64,000 bases of DNA from a virus (taxonomy: Duplodnaviria > Caudoviricetes). The stretch is taken from IMG/VR virus record IMGVR_UViG_3300007770_000001. The stretch is one strand, 5' to 3'. How positions within the stretch are numbered: the stretch's first letter is position 1; each line of letters opens with the position of its first letter. The notes beneath the pieces are model-generated. The model worked only from the letters and a program-made list of their open reading frames with translations, made no database searches and had not been told where the DNA came from. Of this stretch, positions 36,865 to 45,937 are shown piece by piece. The position numbers were made by a program, and so were the translations under genes.

Positions 36865-37176
36865 TCATTGACGGAGCGCTTCTCGATCCAGAGCCTCTTG
36901 CAGGAGGTTCTCCAGTTCCTTGACGCGCGCTTCGAGCTCTCGCTGTTTCATCGCGTGGGTGGAGTTGATGAGCTCTCCGGACTCCCACTTTGCCAGCTGG
37001 CCGTTCTGGAACTGTTGGCGGCGGAGCCCTGTGAGGATGCTACCTACTTGGCCAGCCAAGCTGATGGCGTGTCTGAGAGCAGCGGCTTCAACTGGAGCCG
37101 CCACCTCCTCTGCGTGGGCCAGCATATCCTGATGCAGGCCCGAAGCCGCTTGGACCAACCTGTCGTACCTGCTCAT
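36865..37176 (-). CDS. Hypothetical coiled-coil protein (103 aa)
   Basis: GGAGG RBS; MSRYDRLVQAA...LEARVKELE. Confidence 0.6.
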   Translation of the reverse strand: MSRYDRLVQAASGLHQDMLAHAEEVAAPVEAAALRHAISLAGQVGSILTGLRRQQFQNGQLAKWESGELINSTHAMKQRELEARVKELENLLQEALDREALRQ

Positions 37177-37202
37177 AGCACCTCCATGGAGGGTTACCGG
37201 GA

Positions 37203-37496
37203 TCACTCGTCGTAGAGGAAGCTGTCCTCCTCGGCAAGTCTGTCCTCGAAGTCCCATGCCTGGGAACGAGCCCTGTTGTAGCAGACCAAGCAGAACCGGA
37301 AGGTGAGGTATCTCCACCGACCATCGTAGAAGTAGCGGGCGCGGGCGTCCCAGTACCTCTTGCCGCAGTCCCCACCACAGTCTCGGCAGGTGTGCTTCTT
37401 CAGGGAGTTCCGCACCGTTCCTGTGAGAGATACGACCCCACCCTCAGCGTTGAACTCAAGCTGGTTTGAGCCCGGCGTTCTCTGCAGACGTCCCAT
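37203..37496 (-). CDS. Hypothetical Zn-finger protein (97 aa)
   Basis: CRDC..C and CLVC motifs; GGAGG RBS. Confidence 0.6.
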   Translation of the reverse strand: MGRLQRTPGSNQLEFNAEGGVVSLTGTVRNSLKKHTCRDCGGDCGKRYWDARARYFYDGRWRYLTFRFCLVCYNRARSQAWDFEDRLAEEDSFLYDE

Positions 37497-37516
37497 GATG
37501 ACACCTCCATGGAAGA

Positions 37517-37570
37517 GTTACGTAGACATCCAGAATGAGGAAGTTTCCATAAGGGGGCACCAGACGTAAC
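37517..37570. promoter_or_regulatory. Back-to-back divergent pair of the promoter motif
   Basis: Minus strand ACTTCC-N16-CGTAAC (37517-37544) and plus strand GTTTCC-N16-CGTAAC (37543-37570) share the central GGAAGTTTCC, between divergent genes. Confidence 0.7.
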
Positions 37571-37590
37571 TGCTTCGCAAAGGAGCCTCT

Positions 37591-38091
37591 ATGGATCCCG
37601 ACCCCTCCGTCTTCCTCTGGTGTCTCAACTACCGCAACAACGGCATGTGGACTCTCCTCTCCGACTACCGGGACGCGAGCGAAGCTGCTGCCCTGGCGGT
37701 CGCTGTGTACATCGCCTACCGGGGCATCATCCGTGACACCCATTGCTCCGACGACACCATCGTCATCGAGACTCCATCCATCATGGGAGCAGTGGATGTC
37801 CTCTACCTGAAGGGACACCCTTCCCTGATCCGTGAGGTCCGACGGGTCCTCTCCACTTTCCGGAGCGGGTCGGTCCGCGAGGTCTTCGAAGAGATCATGG
37901 AGATCCCGTATCCGGAGAGCCTCCGAGGCGACCCCTACCGGGCGGTCTGGGCGGTCGGAGACCTCCTCAGGAACCCGGAGTTCACCCCGGAGGAGTGCGT
38001 CGATACCCTTCCTCCGTATCGGAACAACAAGATGGGTCCGTTCTCCGAACACCAGCCCCCGCCGTGCTACGGAGGACAGCTCCCTACTTGA
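37591..38091 (+). CDS. Hypothetical protein (166 aa)
   Basis: AAGGAG RBS; promoter motif upstream. Confidence 0.65.
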   Translation: MDPDPSVFLWCLNYRNNGMWTLLSDYRDASEAAALAVAVYIAYRGIIRDTHCSDDTIVIETPSIMGAVDVLYLKGHPSLIREVRRVLSTFRSGSVREVFEEIMEIPYPESLRGDPYRAVWAVGDLLRNPEFTPEECVDTLPPYRNNKMGPFSEHQPPPCYGGQLPT

Positions 38092-38494
38092 TCCAAGCCA
38101 GGGTCCAGATGGCTCCTTCCGCAGACTTGCCTTCGAAGGCGAGACCCTGGAACGTGCAGTTCTCTCCTGTGCAGGATTTCTCCCCATCCCTCCCAGACAG
38201 AAGCTCCGATCCGCAGCGGAAGCAGAACTGAGGATAGCCCGACCCTTCTACTGCGGACAGCGCAAAGGAATCCCCCGGGCTCGAGAGGATCCCCGCGAGA
38301 GGGTGGTGCTCCCGGAGGTTGTTCCCTTCCGTCGGGCACTCCATGTTCGAGCAGTACCAGTGGGTGCTCTTGTCTGCCCCCGGCTGGGGGCCCTCGAAGT
38401 TCGAGTCCTCCCATGCGTTGAGGGCGTCCGCCTCCAGGGCGTAGAAGTCCCTCTCAACACGCTCGAGGGTTCTGGAACAGCAGGGGCATCTCAT
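38084..38494 (-). CDS. Cys-rich hypothetical protein (136 aa)
   Basis: ATGA overlap with the upstream gene; CPCC, C..C, CFRC. Confidence 0.55.
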   Translation of the reverse strand: MRCPCCSRTLERVERDFYALEADALNAWEDSNFEGPQPGADKSTHWYCSNMECPTEGNNLREHHPLAGILSSPGDSFALSAVEGSGYPQFCFRCGSELLSGRDGEKSCTGENCTFQGLAFEGKSAEGAIWTLAWIK

Positions 38495-38931
38495 TCCTTC
38501 TCCAGGAGCCTCTTCATGACCTTGAGCGCAGCGGAACGCTCCCAGCGCCTCCGAAGAGCATACCGTCTCTTCAGAGCTTCCTTCCGACGTCTCTCCGTCT
38601 TCCGTTGGCGGAAGTTCCCGTGGCAGTTCCAGCCCTGAGGGCCCCACGGAGGTATGTCTTCCCCGTCCTTGAGGACCTTCCAGTAGCTGAGGTCCTCCCC
38701 GCTGTGCGGACCTACCAATACGACGTGGCGGAGAGATAGGCGGCGCCAGATCCGTGCGTTCTTCTTCGGGAACCTGCCGGGCCACGGCCACCGGTGCATA
38801 CTCTCACCGCACTTGGGGCAGAGAGGAACAGAGGGTGCTTCTCCGTATCCGGTCTGCTTCTGCCTTCTCGCCCCCTCTCGACAGGGAAGGCAGAACCACT
38901 GGATCTTGATGCTGTTGGTAGGGGAGCCCAT
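38491..38931 (-). CDS. Basic Zn-finger hypothetical protein (146 aa)
   Basis: FCLPCR...CPKCG...GRFPKK...W pattern. Confidence 0.6.
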   Translation of the reverse strand: MGSPTNSIKIQWFCLPCREGARRQKQTGYGEAPSVPLCPKCGESMHRWPWPGRFPKKNARIWRRLSLRHVVLVGPHSGEDLSYWKVLKDGEDIPPWGPQGWNCHGNFRQRKTERRRKEALKRRYALRRRWERSAALKVMKRLLEKE

Positions 38932-38940
38932 GCCCCTACC

Positions 38941-39390
38941 CTACCGGAAGATGGCCTCCAGAGCAGGATCCAGTTCCTGAACCATGTCCGGCCGTCCGGG
39001 ATGTGGGATCCCGTTCAAGGTGAACGGACGCCAACGGTGGTGTTTGATGAGGAAACACACCACCCGAAGGTCGGCTTGCCCCGGAGTGCTCAGACAGATC
39101 ATCACTACCGCCCCGAACTCTTGGACCAGAGGCTTGATCCCCGGGTCCCGGTACGTCGCGACGTCCGTCCGAAGGGCCTCAAGGATGTCTCCCCGATTCA
39201 TGGAGATTTCCCGCTGCTGCGCCGCCTCGTAGATCCAGGGACACTTGGCCATGAGCATCTGAATGGTGATCGCGATCTGAGCCTGGCCTGCGACCTGCTC
39301 CTGGAACTCGCGTCGGTTCCGGTACTCGTAGACCCATCCGATGATCTTTGCTACTGCGAGTTCCTCTACCCATTTCCTTGTTCCGGGCAT
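38941..39390 (-). CDS. Hypothetical protein (149 aa)
   Basis: AGGAGG RBS before ATG 39390. Confidence 0.6.
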   Translation of the reverse strand: MPGTRKWVEELAVAKIIGWVYEYRNRREFQEQVAGQAQIAITIQMLMAKCPWIYEAAQQREISMNRGDILEALRTDVATYRDPGIKPLVQEFGAVVMICLSTPGQADLRVVCFLIKHHRWRPFTLNGIPHPGRPDMVQELDPALEAIFR

Positions 39391-39454
39391 CAGCCCTCCT
39401 TGTAGTGCTGCCCGGTTACCGGCGCGGTAATCAGGTGTAGATTCTGGAGGTGTC

Positions 39455-39892
39455 TTGGGAATCCGTAGAACTATCATCAGGATGCTGGCCGCGACCTTCG
39501 AGGAGGACGAGCCGCCGGAGCCGCCTACCCCGGACCCCACAGAGCAGGAAGACCCTCCGGAGAGGTCGGGAGCGTTCCTGGCAGGTCCCAGCGGAATCAT
39601 CCCGGTGCCTGAGGGTATGAGCCCTCAGGAGGCGATCGCTCGCCACTTCGGTTCCCGAAATCCCTCTCCGCAGATCCCACGCACCACCCCGACCAAGTGG
39701 CATGGACCCTCGAGCGACCATTACCACATGAAGGTAGTAAACTGTGCGGAGGAGATGAACCCCGAGAACGATCCCGAGGTCAAGGATCTCCTACAGGACG
39801 GCTGGGAGCCCTTCGGAGTCCACCGCGTTCGGATGGCTGGGACGATGGGTGTCCGGATGTACTTCCGGATGCCCTGCGGAGGCCACGGATGA
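39455..39892 (+). CDS. Hypothetical protein (145 aa)
   Basis: GGAGG RBS, TTG start; Pro-rich linker. Confidence 0.6.
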   Translation: MGIRRTIIRMLAATFEEDEPPEPPTPDPTEQEDPPERSGAFLAGPSGIIPVPEGMSPQEAIARHFGSRNPSPQIPRTTPTKWHGPSSDHYHMKVVNCAEEMNPENDPEVKDLLQDGWEPFGVHRVRMAGTMGVRMYFRMPCGGHG

Positions 39893-40413
39893 TCTTTACA
39901 AGGCATCCGGACGACCCGAAGTTCACAGTTCCGGGTCGGAAGTTCATCGGCTATTGGAAGCCTCCTCGGGGACCAAACCTCAAGAACCTGCCCGACCCCT
40001 CGAGCTTTATCGATCCAGATATGGAGCAGGATTTCGCAGACAAGACGGCGCGGGTCCTGGAAATGGGCGCCACGTTCGTCCAGTGGAGAGGCCCCTCCTC
40101 GTGCCGTATCTGCGGTGTTCGGAACGAGGCCAAGTGCCTCACGTTCGATGGGACGTGGGTTTGGCCAGAGGGGCTCGCCCACTACGTCCAGGCCCACCGG
40201 GTTCGTCTACACTCCGATTTCATCTTCTATCTTATGCAGATCCCGGAGGAAGTCGGGGCCGAGGTTCTTCTACACCGCGCGACCATGCAGGAGATCTGGG
40301 AGTCCCGGGAGTCGAGGTCCGCTCTGGATCACATCCGCCTGCGAGGTCGCGAGATCAACAGGCATCGCGAGGCTGTCATGTCTCACGCCAAGATCCCCTG
40401 GGATGTGGCGTGA
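39889..40413 (+). CDS. Conserved hypothetical protein (174 aa)
   Basis: GYW...PDP...W.G.SSCRICG..N.....DG.W.WPEGLAHYV..H.VR motif, a widespread uncharacterised family as recalled. Confidence 0.7.
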   Translation: MIFTRHPDDPKFTVPGRKFIGYWKPPRGPNLKNLPDPSSFIDPDMEQDFADKTARVLEMGATFVQWRGPSSCRICGVRNEAKCLTFDGTWVWPEGLAHYVQAHRVRLHSDFIFYLMQIPEEVGAEVLLHRATMQEIWESRESRSALDHIRLRGREINRHREAVMSHAKIPWDVA

Positions 40414-40619
40414 TGGACGGCAAGACCCTGTACAAAACGGGCCTGGGGTTCCTCCTCTCCGCGATCTTCCTGTGCTTCCCCTTCGACTTGGTTGGGCTCT
40501 CCGGTTTGAGGAACATAGAGCCTCACCAGCACACAGGTCTGATAATCATCCTGATGTTGGTCTCCGGCGCCACAGGGTTCTTTTCCCTGGCGCACGCAGT
40601 TGAGAAAGCTCCGAAGTGA
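40413..40619 (+). CDS. Small membrane protein (68 aa, two hydrophobic segments)
   Basis: TGATG overlap; GLGFLLSAIFLCFPF and GLIIILMLVSGATGFF. Confidence 0.55.
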   Translation: MDGKTLYKTGLGFLLSAIFLCFPFDLVGLSGLRNIEPHQHTGLIIILMLVSGATGFFSLAHAVEKAPK

Positions 40620-40761
40620 GGGGCTTCTCCTACATCCAGGTTGAACTCAACGGACACCTCTGGATCTTGACTCCACAGAAGGTAGTCGTGATCAACAAGC
40701 ACACCGGGGAGGTAGGGGTGATCCCCACCTCCCAAGCCATTCGTCTGCTCGAGAGGAAGAA

Positions 40762-41382
40762 GTGATGATTGAACGCGACCCCCTCATGTATCTCAGAGAC
40801 CTTCGCTCCCTCATCTCCATTCTCCGGACCTCCGAGGAAGGGTGGGAGAACCGAGCGGCGGATGCCCTGATCTCCATAGCGCGGAGCCTCAAGATCGAGA
40901 ACCAGGACTGCTTCTGCGTCTCTCCTCCAGGCTTCACCTACCACTTCCCGGTCCAGGAGGACCTCTGGTCTCGGTTCGCGAACGCTCATCGGGGTCTGAG
41001 GCCTGATACCAACAAGATCATCGAGCTCACCAAGACCTGGGCTCCGAAGGACTTGAACACCAGGATCATCCTCCTGACCTATGCCTCGGTCCCGGTCCTC
41101 CTGAAGCTCGGGGATGTGCACCGACGCAGGTTCGCCGGTCTCCTCGAACAGCACGTTGCCATGGTGAGCCTGGGTTCAGAGACGTACCGGAAGCTGGAGG
41201 GCATGGCTCTGGACCGGGAGAAGGCCAACCGCTTCCGGGATCTCATCTCCCTCCTCCACGACCACAAGGGCCTGGACGCCTTCTGGCTTGCTGATGTGGA
41301 CGATGCCCTGAAGGGCCTCCTGGGGGAGGAGTCTTGGAAGGCGTTCCATAGGAACTTCCTCCGGTCCTCGGAATGGAAATAG
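40762..41382 (+). CDS. Hypothetical helical protein (206 aa)
   Basis: Operon position and codon usage. Confidence 0.6.
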   Translation: MMIERDPLMYLRDLRSLISILRTSEEGWENRAADALISIARSLKIENQDCFCVSPPGFTYHFPVQEDLWSRFANAHRGLRPDTNKIIELTKTWAPKDLNTRIILLTYASVPVLLKLGDVHRRRFAGLLEQHVAMVSLGSETYRKLEGMALDREKANRFRDLISLLHDHKGLDAFWLADVDDALKGLLGEESWKAFHRNFLRSSEWK

Positions 41383-41424
41383 GTGTTCAGCCTATCTGGG
41401 GTATCTCCCTCCCCAGGAGATACC

Positions 41425-41967
41425 ATGCACAAACAGAATCTTGCTGAGTTCCTGACCCAAACCGCAGTCCTCCACGGGGACTTCACCCTGACCAGCGGCG
41501 CCAAATCCAAGGTCTACCTGGACATCAAGAAGGCGGCGCTGACCTCCGAGGGTGCGTACCTGATTGGGATGTCCATGCTGTCCAAGTTCGCAGACCTGGA
41601 CCTCCGCTACAGCGCCATCGGCGGCTTGGAGCTTGGGGCTGTCCCTGTTGTCTCCGCCACTCTGGCCTGCGCTCGAGTCCGGGGAACAATCATCGACGGA
41701 TTTGTCGTCCGCAAGGGGGACCGGAGCCACGGCACCGGGAAGAAGATCGAGGGCGTCGATATCAATGGGCTTCGGGTCGCTGTCCTCGAGGACGTCACCA
41801 CTTCTGGAGGCTCTGCTCTGGAGGCTGTTCAGGAGATTCGGAAGGCCGGGGGAGATGTCGCGGGCGTGTTCACTGTCGTGGACCGACTGATGGGAGCGCG
41901 GGAGTTCCTACACGATCACAGCATCCGGTTCCATGCCCTCACGGACATCAAGGACCTGGGCCTGTGA
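41425..41967 (+). CDS. pyrE: Orotate phosphoribosyltransferase
   Basis: GDFTLTSGAKSKVYLD, GGLELGAVP, VRK..R.HGTGKKIEG, VAVLEDVTTSGGSA (PRPP loop), VVDR. AGGAGA RBS before ATG 41425. Confidence 0.93.
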   Translation: MHKQNLAEFLTQTAVLHGDFTLTSGAKSKVYLDIKKAALTSEGAYLIGMSMLSKFADLDLRYSAIGGLELGAVPVVSATLACARVRGTIIDGFVVRKGDRSHGTGKKIEGVDINGLRVAVLEDVTTSGGSALEAVQEIRKAGGDVAGVFTVVDRLMGAREFLHDHSIRFHALTDIKDLGL

Positions 41968-42350
41968 GCTTCGTCAAAGTCGCCAACGTCCGGAAACACC
42001 ATCGGACCGGGGAGGAGACCCGTGTCTATGTAGGGCGGAAGTGCAACGGCTACGAGGGAAGTCCCCTCGGGAATCCGTTTCGCCCCGGAGGACTCCCCGG
42101 AAGCTCCATCCCCAAGTTCAGGACCTGGCTCGTGGACAAGCTACATGAGAAGGATGCAGCGGTGACTGAAGAGGTGCTCCGATTGGCCCGTATCCACCTC
42201 TCAGGGAAGTCTCTGACCCTCCTCTGCTGGTGTGCTCCCACCGGGGCAGGGTTGACCACGGAGGACAAGCCCTACAAGTGCCACGGCCAAGAGATCGCTG
42301 AGATCGTACAGCAGATCTCCGAGAAGGCTGTAGAACGCGGCATGGCCTGA
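41964..42350 (+). CDS. DUF4326 domain protein
   Basis: VYVGR...SPLGNPF...F..WL...L.GK.L.L.CWCAP...CHG. Confidence 0.85.
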   Translation: MSFVKVANVRKHHRTGEETRVYVGRKCNGYEGSPLGNPFRPGGLPGSSIPKFRTWLVDKLHEKDAAVTEEVLRLARIHLSGKSLTLLCWCAPTGAGLTTEDKPYKCHGQEIAEIVQQISEKAVERGMA

Positions 42351-42352
42351 GG

Positions 42353-43525
42353 CTACGCGGGGACGACGCCCACCTGGCGCTTGAACACCAGCCCGTGCTC
42401 AGCCAACCACGTTTCGAATCCCTGATCGACCCAGGTCATCGACACCATCCCCTGGTGGACACCTTTGTCTACGATGACCTCTCCTTGACCATGGAAGGGG
42501 AACTTCTGTCGTAGCTCTCGGGGGAGCTCGTTGAAGTCGATCACGACTTTGCTTGCAGGCACCACCGCTTTGACCAACCAGTTGATCGACTTCTTGGCTT
42601 GGCCCGCCGCAAAGTTGGTCGCGACCTGAGCGGATACGGACCAGCTGCTCTCCTTCCCCCGCTTCACCTTGATCTTGTCTCCAACGTGGAGCTTGGTCAA
42701 GTCTCGGACTCCTGTGCGGCGGAACAGTCTCTTCTTGACATCGGCCATAGTGACGCCGGAGTAGTCCCCCCAGTCATCGACCTGAGTCCCAAATCCCCGG
42801 TACACGGTCACCTGGGTGTAGTCCTTCGGCGAGTTCTCAAGGAGCCACTCCTTGACCGGTTTCTTCATCCGCTTCCCAGGATTCTTCGTGTACCGAAGGA
42901 GCTCGTCGATCACCCAGTCTGGCATCGTGAACCCTTCGGCTCCCGGCCCGGCGTCGATCCTCTGGGCTGCGCCATCCACTATCGTCCCTTGGTTCAGGAC
43001 GATGTCGGTCCAGACGTAGTTGACGTGTCTGTCTACGATCCCATCAAACAGAACCCGGAACTTCTTGGCTGTGGTACCGAGCGTGTTGGCATCACGGCCC
43101 ATCGTGTAGCCATCCAGCTTGCCTGCCAGAACCTTGGCCATTTGAATGTGGTCTTCGGGGAAGGTCATCCCCCAGTAGCGATCGAGGGCCTCCTTCGTGA
43201 TGGCTCCCGCTTTGATCGCCCGGTAGCAGTCTCTTTCACTGCCGTCGAACAGTTTGAGCCCTCGATACATGTAGATGTAGTTGTCCATCCCTGCCAAAGA
43301 GCGCACTCCGACATTCCGACGCCATCGCACATAGGACTTCGCGGGTCTCACCGGGAGGAGGCTGTTGTTCGCTTGACGCCCTCCCCACTCGAAGTACATC
43401 GCCCGACGCTGTAGGTCGGGCATCTGGTCGACGAGGTGGGGGAGGAACAGGTAGAAGTTTCCCTGGAGAGCAGCCTGGTGGAGCCCGGCCACCCGCTGGG
43501 AGCATACTTGTAGGGGGGGTGTCAT
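42353..43525 (-). CDS. Protein with C-terminal ADP-ribosyltransferase-like (R-S-E) domain, 390 aa
   Basis: VTVYRG ... ESSWSVS.QVATNFA ... VPASKV ... GQGEVIV. Confidence 0.65.
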   Translation of the reverse strand: MTPPLQVCSQRVAGLHQAALQGNFYLFLPHLVDQMPDLQRRAMYFEWGGRQANNSLLPVRPAKSYVRWRRNVGVRSLAGMDNYIYMYRGLKLFDGSERDCYRAIKAGAITKEALDRYWGMTFPEDHIQMAKVLAGKLDGYTMGRDANTLGTTAKKFRVLFDGIVDRHVNYVWTDIVLNQGTIVDGAAQRIDAGPGAEGFTMPDWVIDELLRYTKNPGKRMKKPVKEWLLENSPKDYTQVTVYRGFGTQVDDWGDYSGVTMADVKKRLFRRTGVRDLTKLHVGDKIKVKRGKESSWSVSAQVATNFAAGQAKKSINWLVKAVVPASKVVIDFNELPRELRQKFPFHGQGEVIVDKGVHQGMVSMTWVDQGFETWLAEHGLVFKRQVGVVPA

Positions 43526-43576
43526 GACACCCCCCCGGAATAGCCAAGGTACCGGACTCAGGCCGCGCGGAGGAGC

Positions 43577-43951
43577 TCAGCGAAGGTGGCCGTGAGGGGC
43601 TTGCCATCGACACACTTGGCAACGAGCGCCTCGTGGGCGGCCTTCTCTGCGGCTTTTTACACATTCCACAGGACATCTCGCGACTCGAGAGAGGGCCTCG
43701 TCCGATACCAGGCCCAGGTAGCGGTCGAGGAAGGTCCAGAGCGACTCCTGGGCGCGTTCTCCGCTTCTGTCGGGGGAAGGGTGGCGGGGTGGCTTCTTCG
43801 ACCGTCTGGAAGGGTGTTTCCGACGTGGTTTGATGCCCTTCTCTTTCCGGCGTCTCGCGACGGTGGAGGCAGTACATCCGATGCGTCCCGCGAGCACTCT
43901 ATCCACCTCTGTCCCCAGCAGCGGGTCCCATTTCTCCCAGTCGTAGGCCAT
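43577..43951 (-). CDS. Small protein with two HTH-like repeats (124 aa)
   Basis: LLGTEVDRVLAGRIGC...VARRR..KGI and YLGLVSDEALSRVARC...V.SRR. Confidence 0.6.
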   Translation of the reverse strand: MAYDWEKWDPLLGTEVDRVLAGRIGCTASTVARRRKEKGIKPRRKHPSRRSKKPPRHPSPDRSGERAQESLWTFLDRYLGLVSDEALSRVARCPVECVKSRREGRPRGARCQVCRWQAPHGHLR

Positions 43952-43998
43952 GCCCTCGTTACCCTATATCCTGGGGGAGCCCAACTCCTGAGGTCATC

Positions 43999-44799
43999 AT
44001 GAAGGTTCTCCGTCAGGGCTCTCGAGGCTCCGAAGTTCGTCGTCTACAGCAGCTCCTCAACATCGGCGCCGATGGCATCTTTGGCGCCGGGACCAAGAGG
44101 TCCGTCATCGCGTTCCAGAAGTCGAAGGGCCTCTCTGCTGATGGCATCGTCGGCAAGGGAACGTGGGGCGCGCTCGAGAAGGACTCGGGGGAACCGATCA
44201 ATCCAGACCCCGAGCCTCGGACGGCTGACTGGCTGGTCGCCCAGTACCAGGCCAAGGGCTACATCCTCCACACGGGGGGTCGGGTCAACTTCGGCTCTCT
44301 CCGGACCATCCCCGGAACGCCCAACAGGTTCGATGACTTCGTCTTCATGCTCTGGCAGGAGGGGGGTGTCTGGAAAGTCACGTTCTTCGAGGCCACTACC
44401 GACCCAGGCACCTACTGGCTGGAGAACCCGGGGAACTCTCGAGGAACGGCCATCCTGTGCCCTGGCCAGTACGTCGACGTCTACAAGATCGACAAGCACG
44501 GTGGGAAGTACGAGGCGCTTTGCCAGAGGAACGGCAAGGTCAAGGTGTGGCGGGACAAGGACCGCGACGCCGTTGCCGAGTACCAGCAGGGCTCCGAGGG
44601 CGAGGACGGGTGGTATGGGATCAACATCCACCGCGCTTCCTCGAGCCGCATGTCCACGAACGTGGAGAAGTGGTCTGCGGGCTGTCAGGTGATGGCGGAC
44701 CCTGACGACTTCGCTCGGTTCATGACGACCTGCCACTCCGAGAAGAAGCTCCATGGGGAGACCTTCACCTGGACTCTCTTGGAGAACCACGTCTCGTAG
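43999..44799 (+). CDS. Putative endolysin: PG-binding domain + YkuD/L,D-transpeptidase-like catalytic domain
   Basis: LRQGSRG.EVRRLQ.LL...DGIFG..T...V..FQ..GL..DGIVG..TW (PG_binding_1); GINIHRA...KWSAGCQV (His...Cys). Confidence 0.8.
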   Translation: MKVLRQGSRGSEVRRLQQLLNIGADGIFGAGTKRSVIAFQKSKGLSADGIVGKGTWGALEKDSGEPINPDPEPRTADWLVAQYQAKGYILHTGGRVNFGSLRTIPGTPNRFDDFVFMLWQEGGVWKVTFFEATTDPGTYWLENPGNSRGTAILCPGQYVDVYKIDKHGGKYEALCQRNGKVKVWRDKDRDAVAEYQQGSEGEDGWYGINIHRASSSRMSTNVEKWSAGCQVMADPDDFARFMTTCHSEKKLHGETFTWTLLENHVS

Positions 44800-44801
44800 G
44801 T

Positions 44802-45320
44802 CTACTGGCTAAGCTCCATGAAGAGCGCAGTTGCGTCGTCCGCATAGACGGCAGCCCCATATCCCGAGCCGTTGTAGCGGCGGAGAGCGCGCCACACATC
44901 TCCGTCCGTCCTGCCCAGATGTCCGCTCAGGATGTAGGCGGAGCATCGGAGGTTGGTCAGGGGGTCCAGCAGGTCCGAGGGATCCTGGATCAGATGGAGA
45001 TTCTGGAGGGTCTCCGTCCAGACGCCCGGATGGATCTGGGCCAGCCCGATCTCCCCGACTCCGCCGATAGCGTCGGGATCGCAGAAGGATTCCTTGGTCA
45101 CCACTGCCCCAAGAAGGGCAGGCGGAATCTGGAACTCCTCGGACACCTGCTCAATCAACACGTCCAAGTGCGTAGAGCTCTGGGATTCGCACAGCTGGGT
45201 CCACTTCCCGACCGGAGGCGCCACAGGAGTGTTCGGAAGGGGGTTCTCCTGGACTGCCCAGACGACAGTGTTCATGGTGGTCAGGAAGCTTAGGGCAAAC
45301 AACACGGTACGCATCAGCAA
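44802..45320 (-). CDS. Soluble lytic transglycosylase (SLT) with N-terminal signal/anchor
   Basis: IPPALL.AV..KES.CDP.A...GEIGLAQI.P...L.DP..N....A..L......AL..YNG; hydrophobic N-terminus. Confidence 0.85.
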   Translation of the reverse strand: MLMRTVLFALSFLTTMNTVVWAVQENPLPNTPVAPPVGKWTQLCESQSSTHLDVLIEQVSEEFQIPPALLGAVVTKESFCDPDAIGGVGEIGLAQIHPGVWTETLQNLHLIQDPSDLLDPLTNLRCSAYILSGHLGRTDGDVWRALRRYNGSGYGAAVYADDATALFMELSQ

Positions 45321-45353
45321 CTCCAGCAGCGGTATGTCAGGTTCAGCACTGGG

Positions 45354-45381
45354 GTTACGCCTCCGGATTCCAGAGGGAAAC
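45354..45381 (-). promoter_or_regulatory. GTTTCC-N16-CGTAAC motif
   Basis: Exact consensus upstream of the SLT gene. Confidence 0.7.
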
Positions 45382-45433
45382 TCGTTAGAGAGGCTATGTT
45401 GGGCTCCTCTCTGAACCGAGTTCCGGGAATCAG

Positions 45434-45937
45434 ATGGATCGCACCTCTCTACGCAACCTCCTCACCAGCGAGGGGCTTCTCTCCAAAGAGGCTCGCAAGT
45501 CTCTCGAGCTCTTGGACAATCTGGACAACGAGCACGCGGTCCAGGACGCGTGGCCTGACGTCACCTACAAGGGCAAGCCTCTTCTCCCCAGCGGGAGAAT
45601 GTACCCCTTCTATGCTCGTGCTGAAGGGGCGATCACCGAGAAGGACTTCCAGGAAGTCTTCATGGGCTACGATCCCGTCAAGGACGTGTTCATCGTGGGG
45701 TTCGACGTCTGGCCCGACGACAACTGGGAAGACGAGTACGAAGAGGACCATCGATACGCTCGTGTTCGCCAGCTTCGGGCTCGGGGCAAGACGGCGATGA
45801 TGTCCGCAGAGTATGTCGTTGTCAAGTTCGACGGACGTGTGCTCGCTCAGCACACTGCCCCCGGCGGGTTCTACCCGAACGGTCTGAAGGATGCCAAGAG
45901 AAGGTTCCCTCGGATGATCTCTATCCGTCTCGACTGA
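45434..45937 (+). CDS. Hypothetical protein (167 aa)
   Basis: Acidic protein with N-terminal MDRTSLRNLL.SEGLL.KEA leader-like segment. Confidence 0.65.
   Translation: MDRTSLRNLLTSEGLLSKEARKSLELLDNLDNEHAVQDAWPDVTYKGKPLLPSGRMYPFYARAEGAITEKDFQEVFMGYDPVKDVFIVGFDVWPDDNWEDEYEEDHRYARVRQLRARGKTAMMSAEYVVVKFDGRVLAQHTAPGGFYPNGLKDAKRRFPRMISIRLD

Noticed and set aside
40413-40619. Holin call for the small two-TM protein
   Set aside because: It lies 3.4 kb from the lysin candidates within an unrelated operon, with no family motif. Left as a generic membrane protein.
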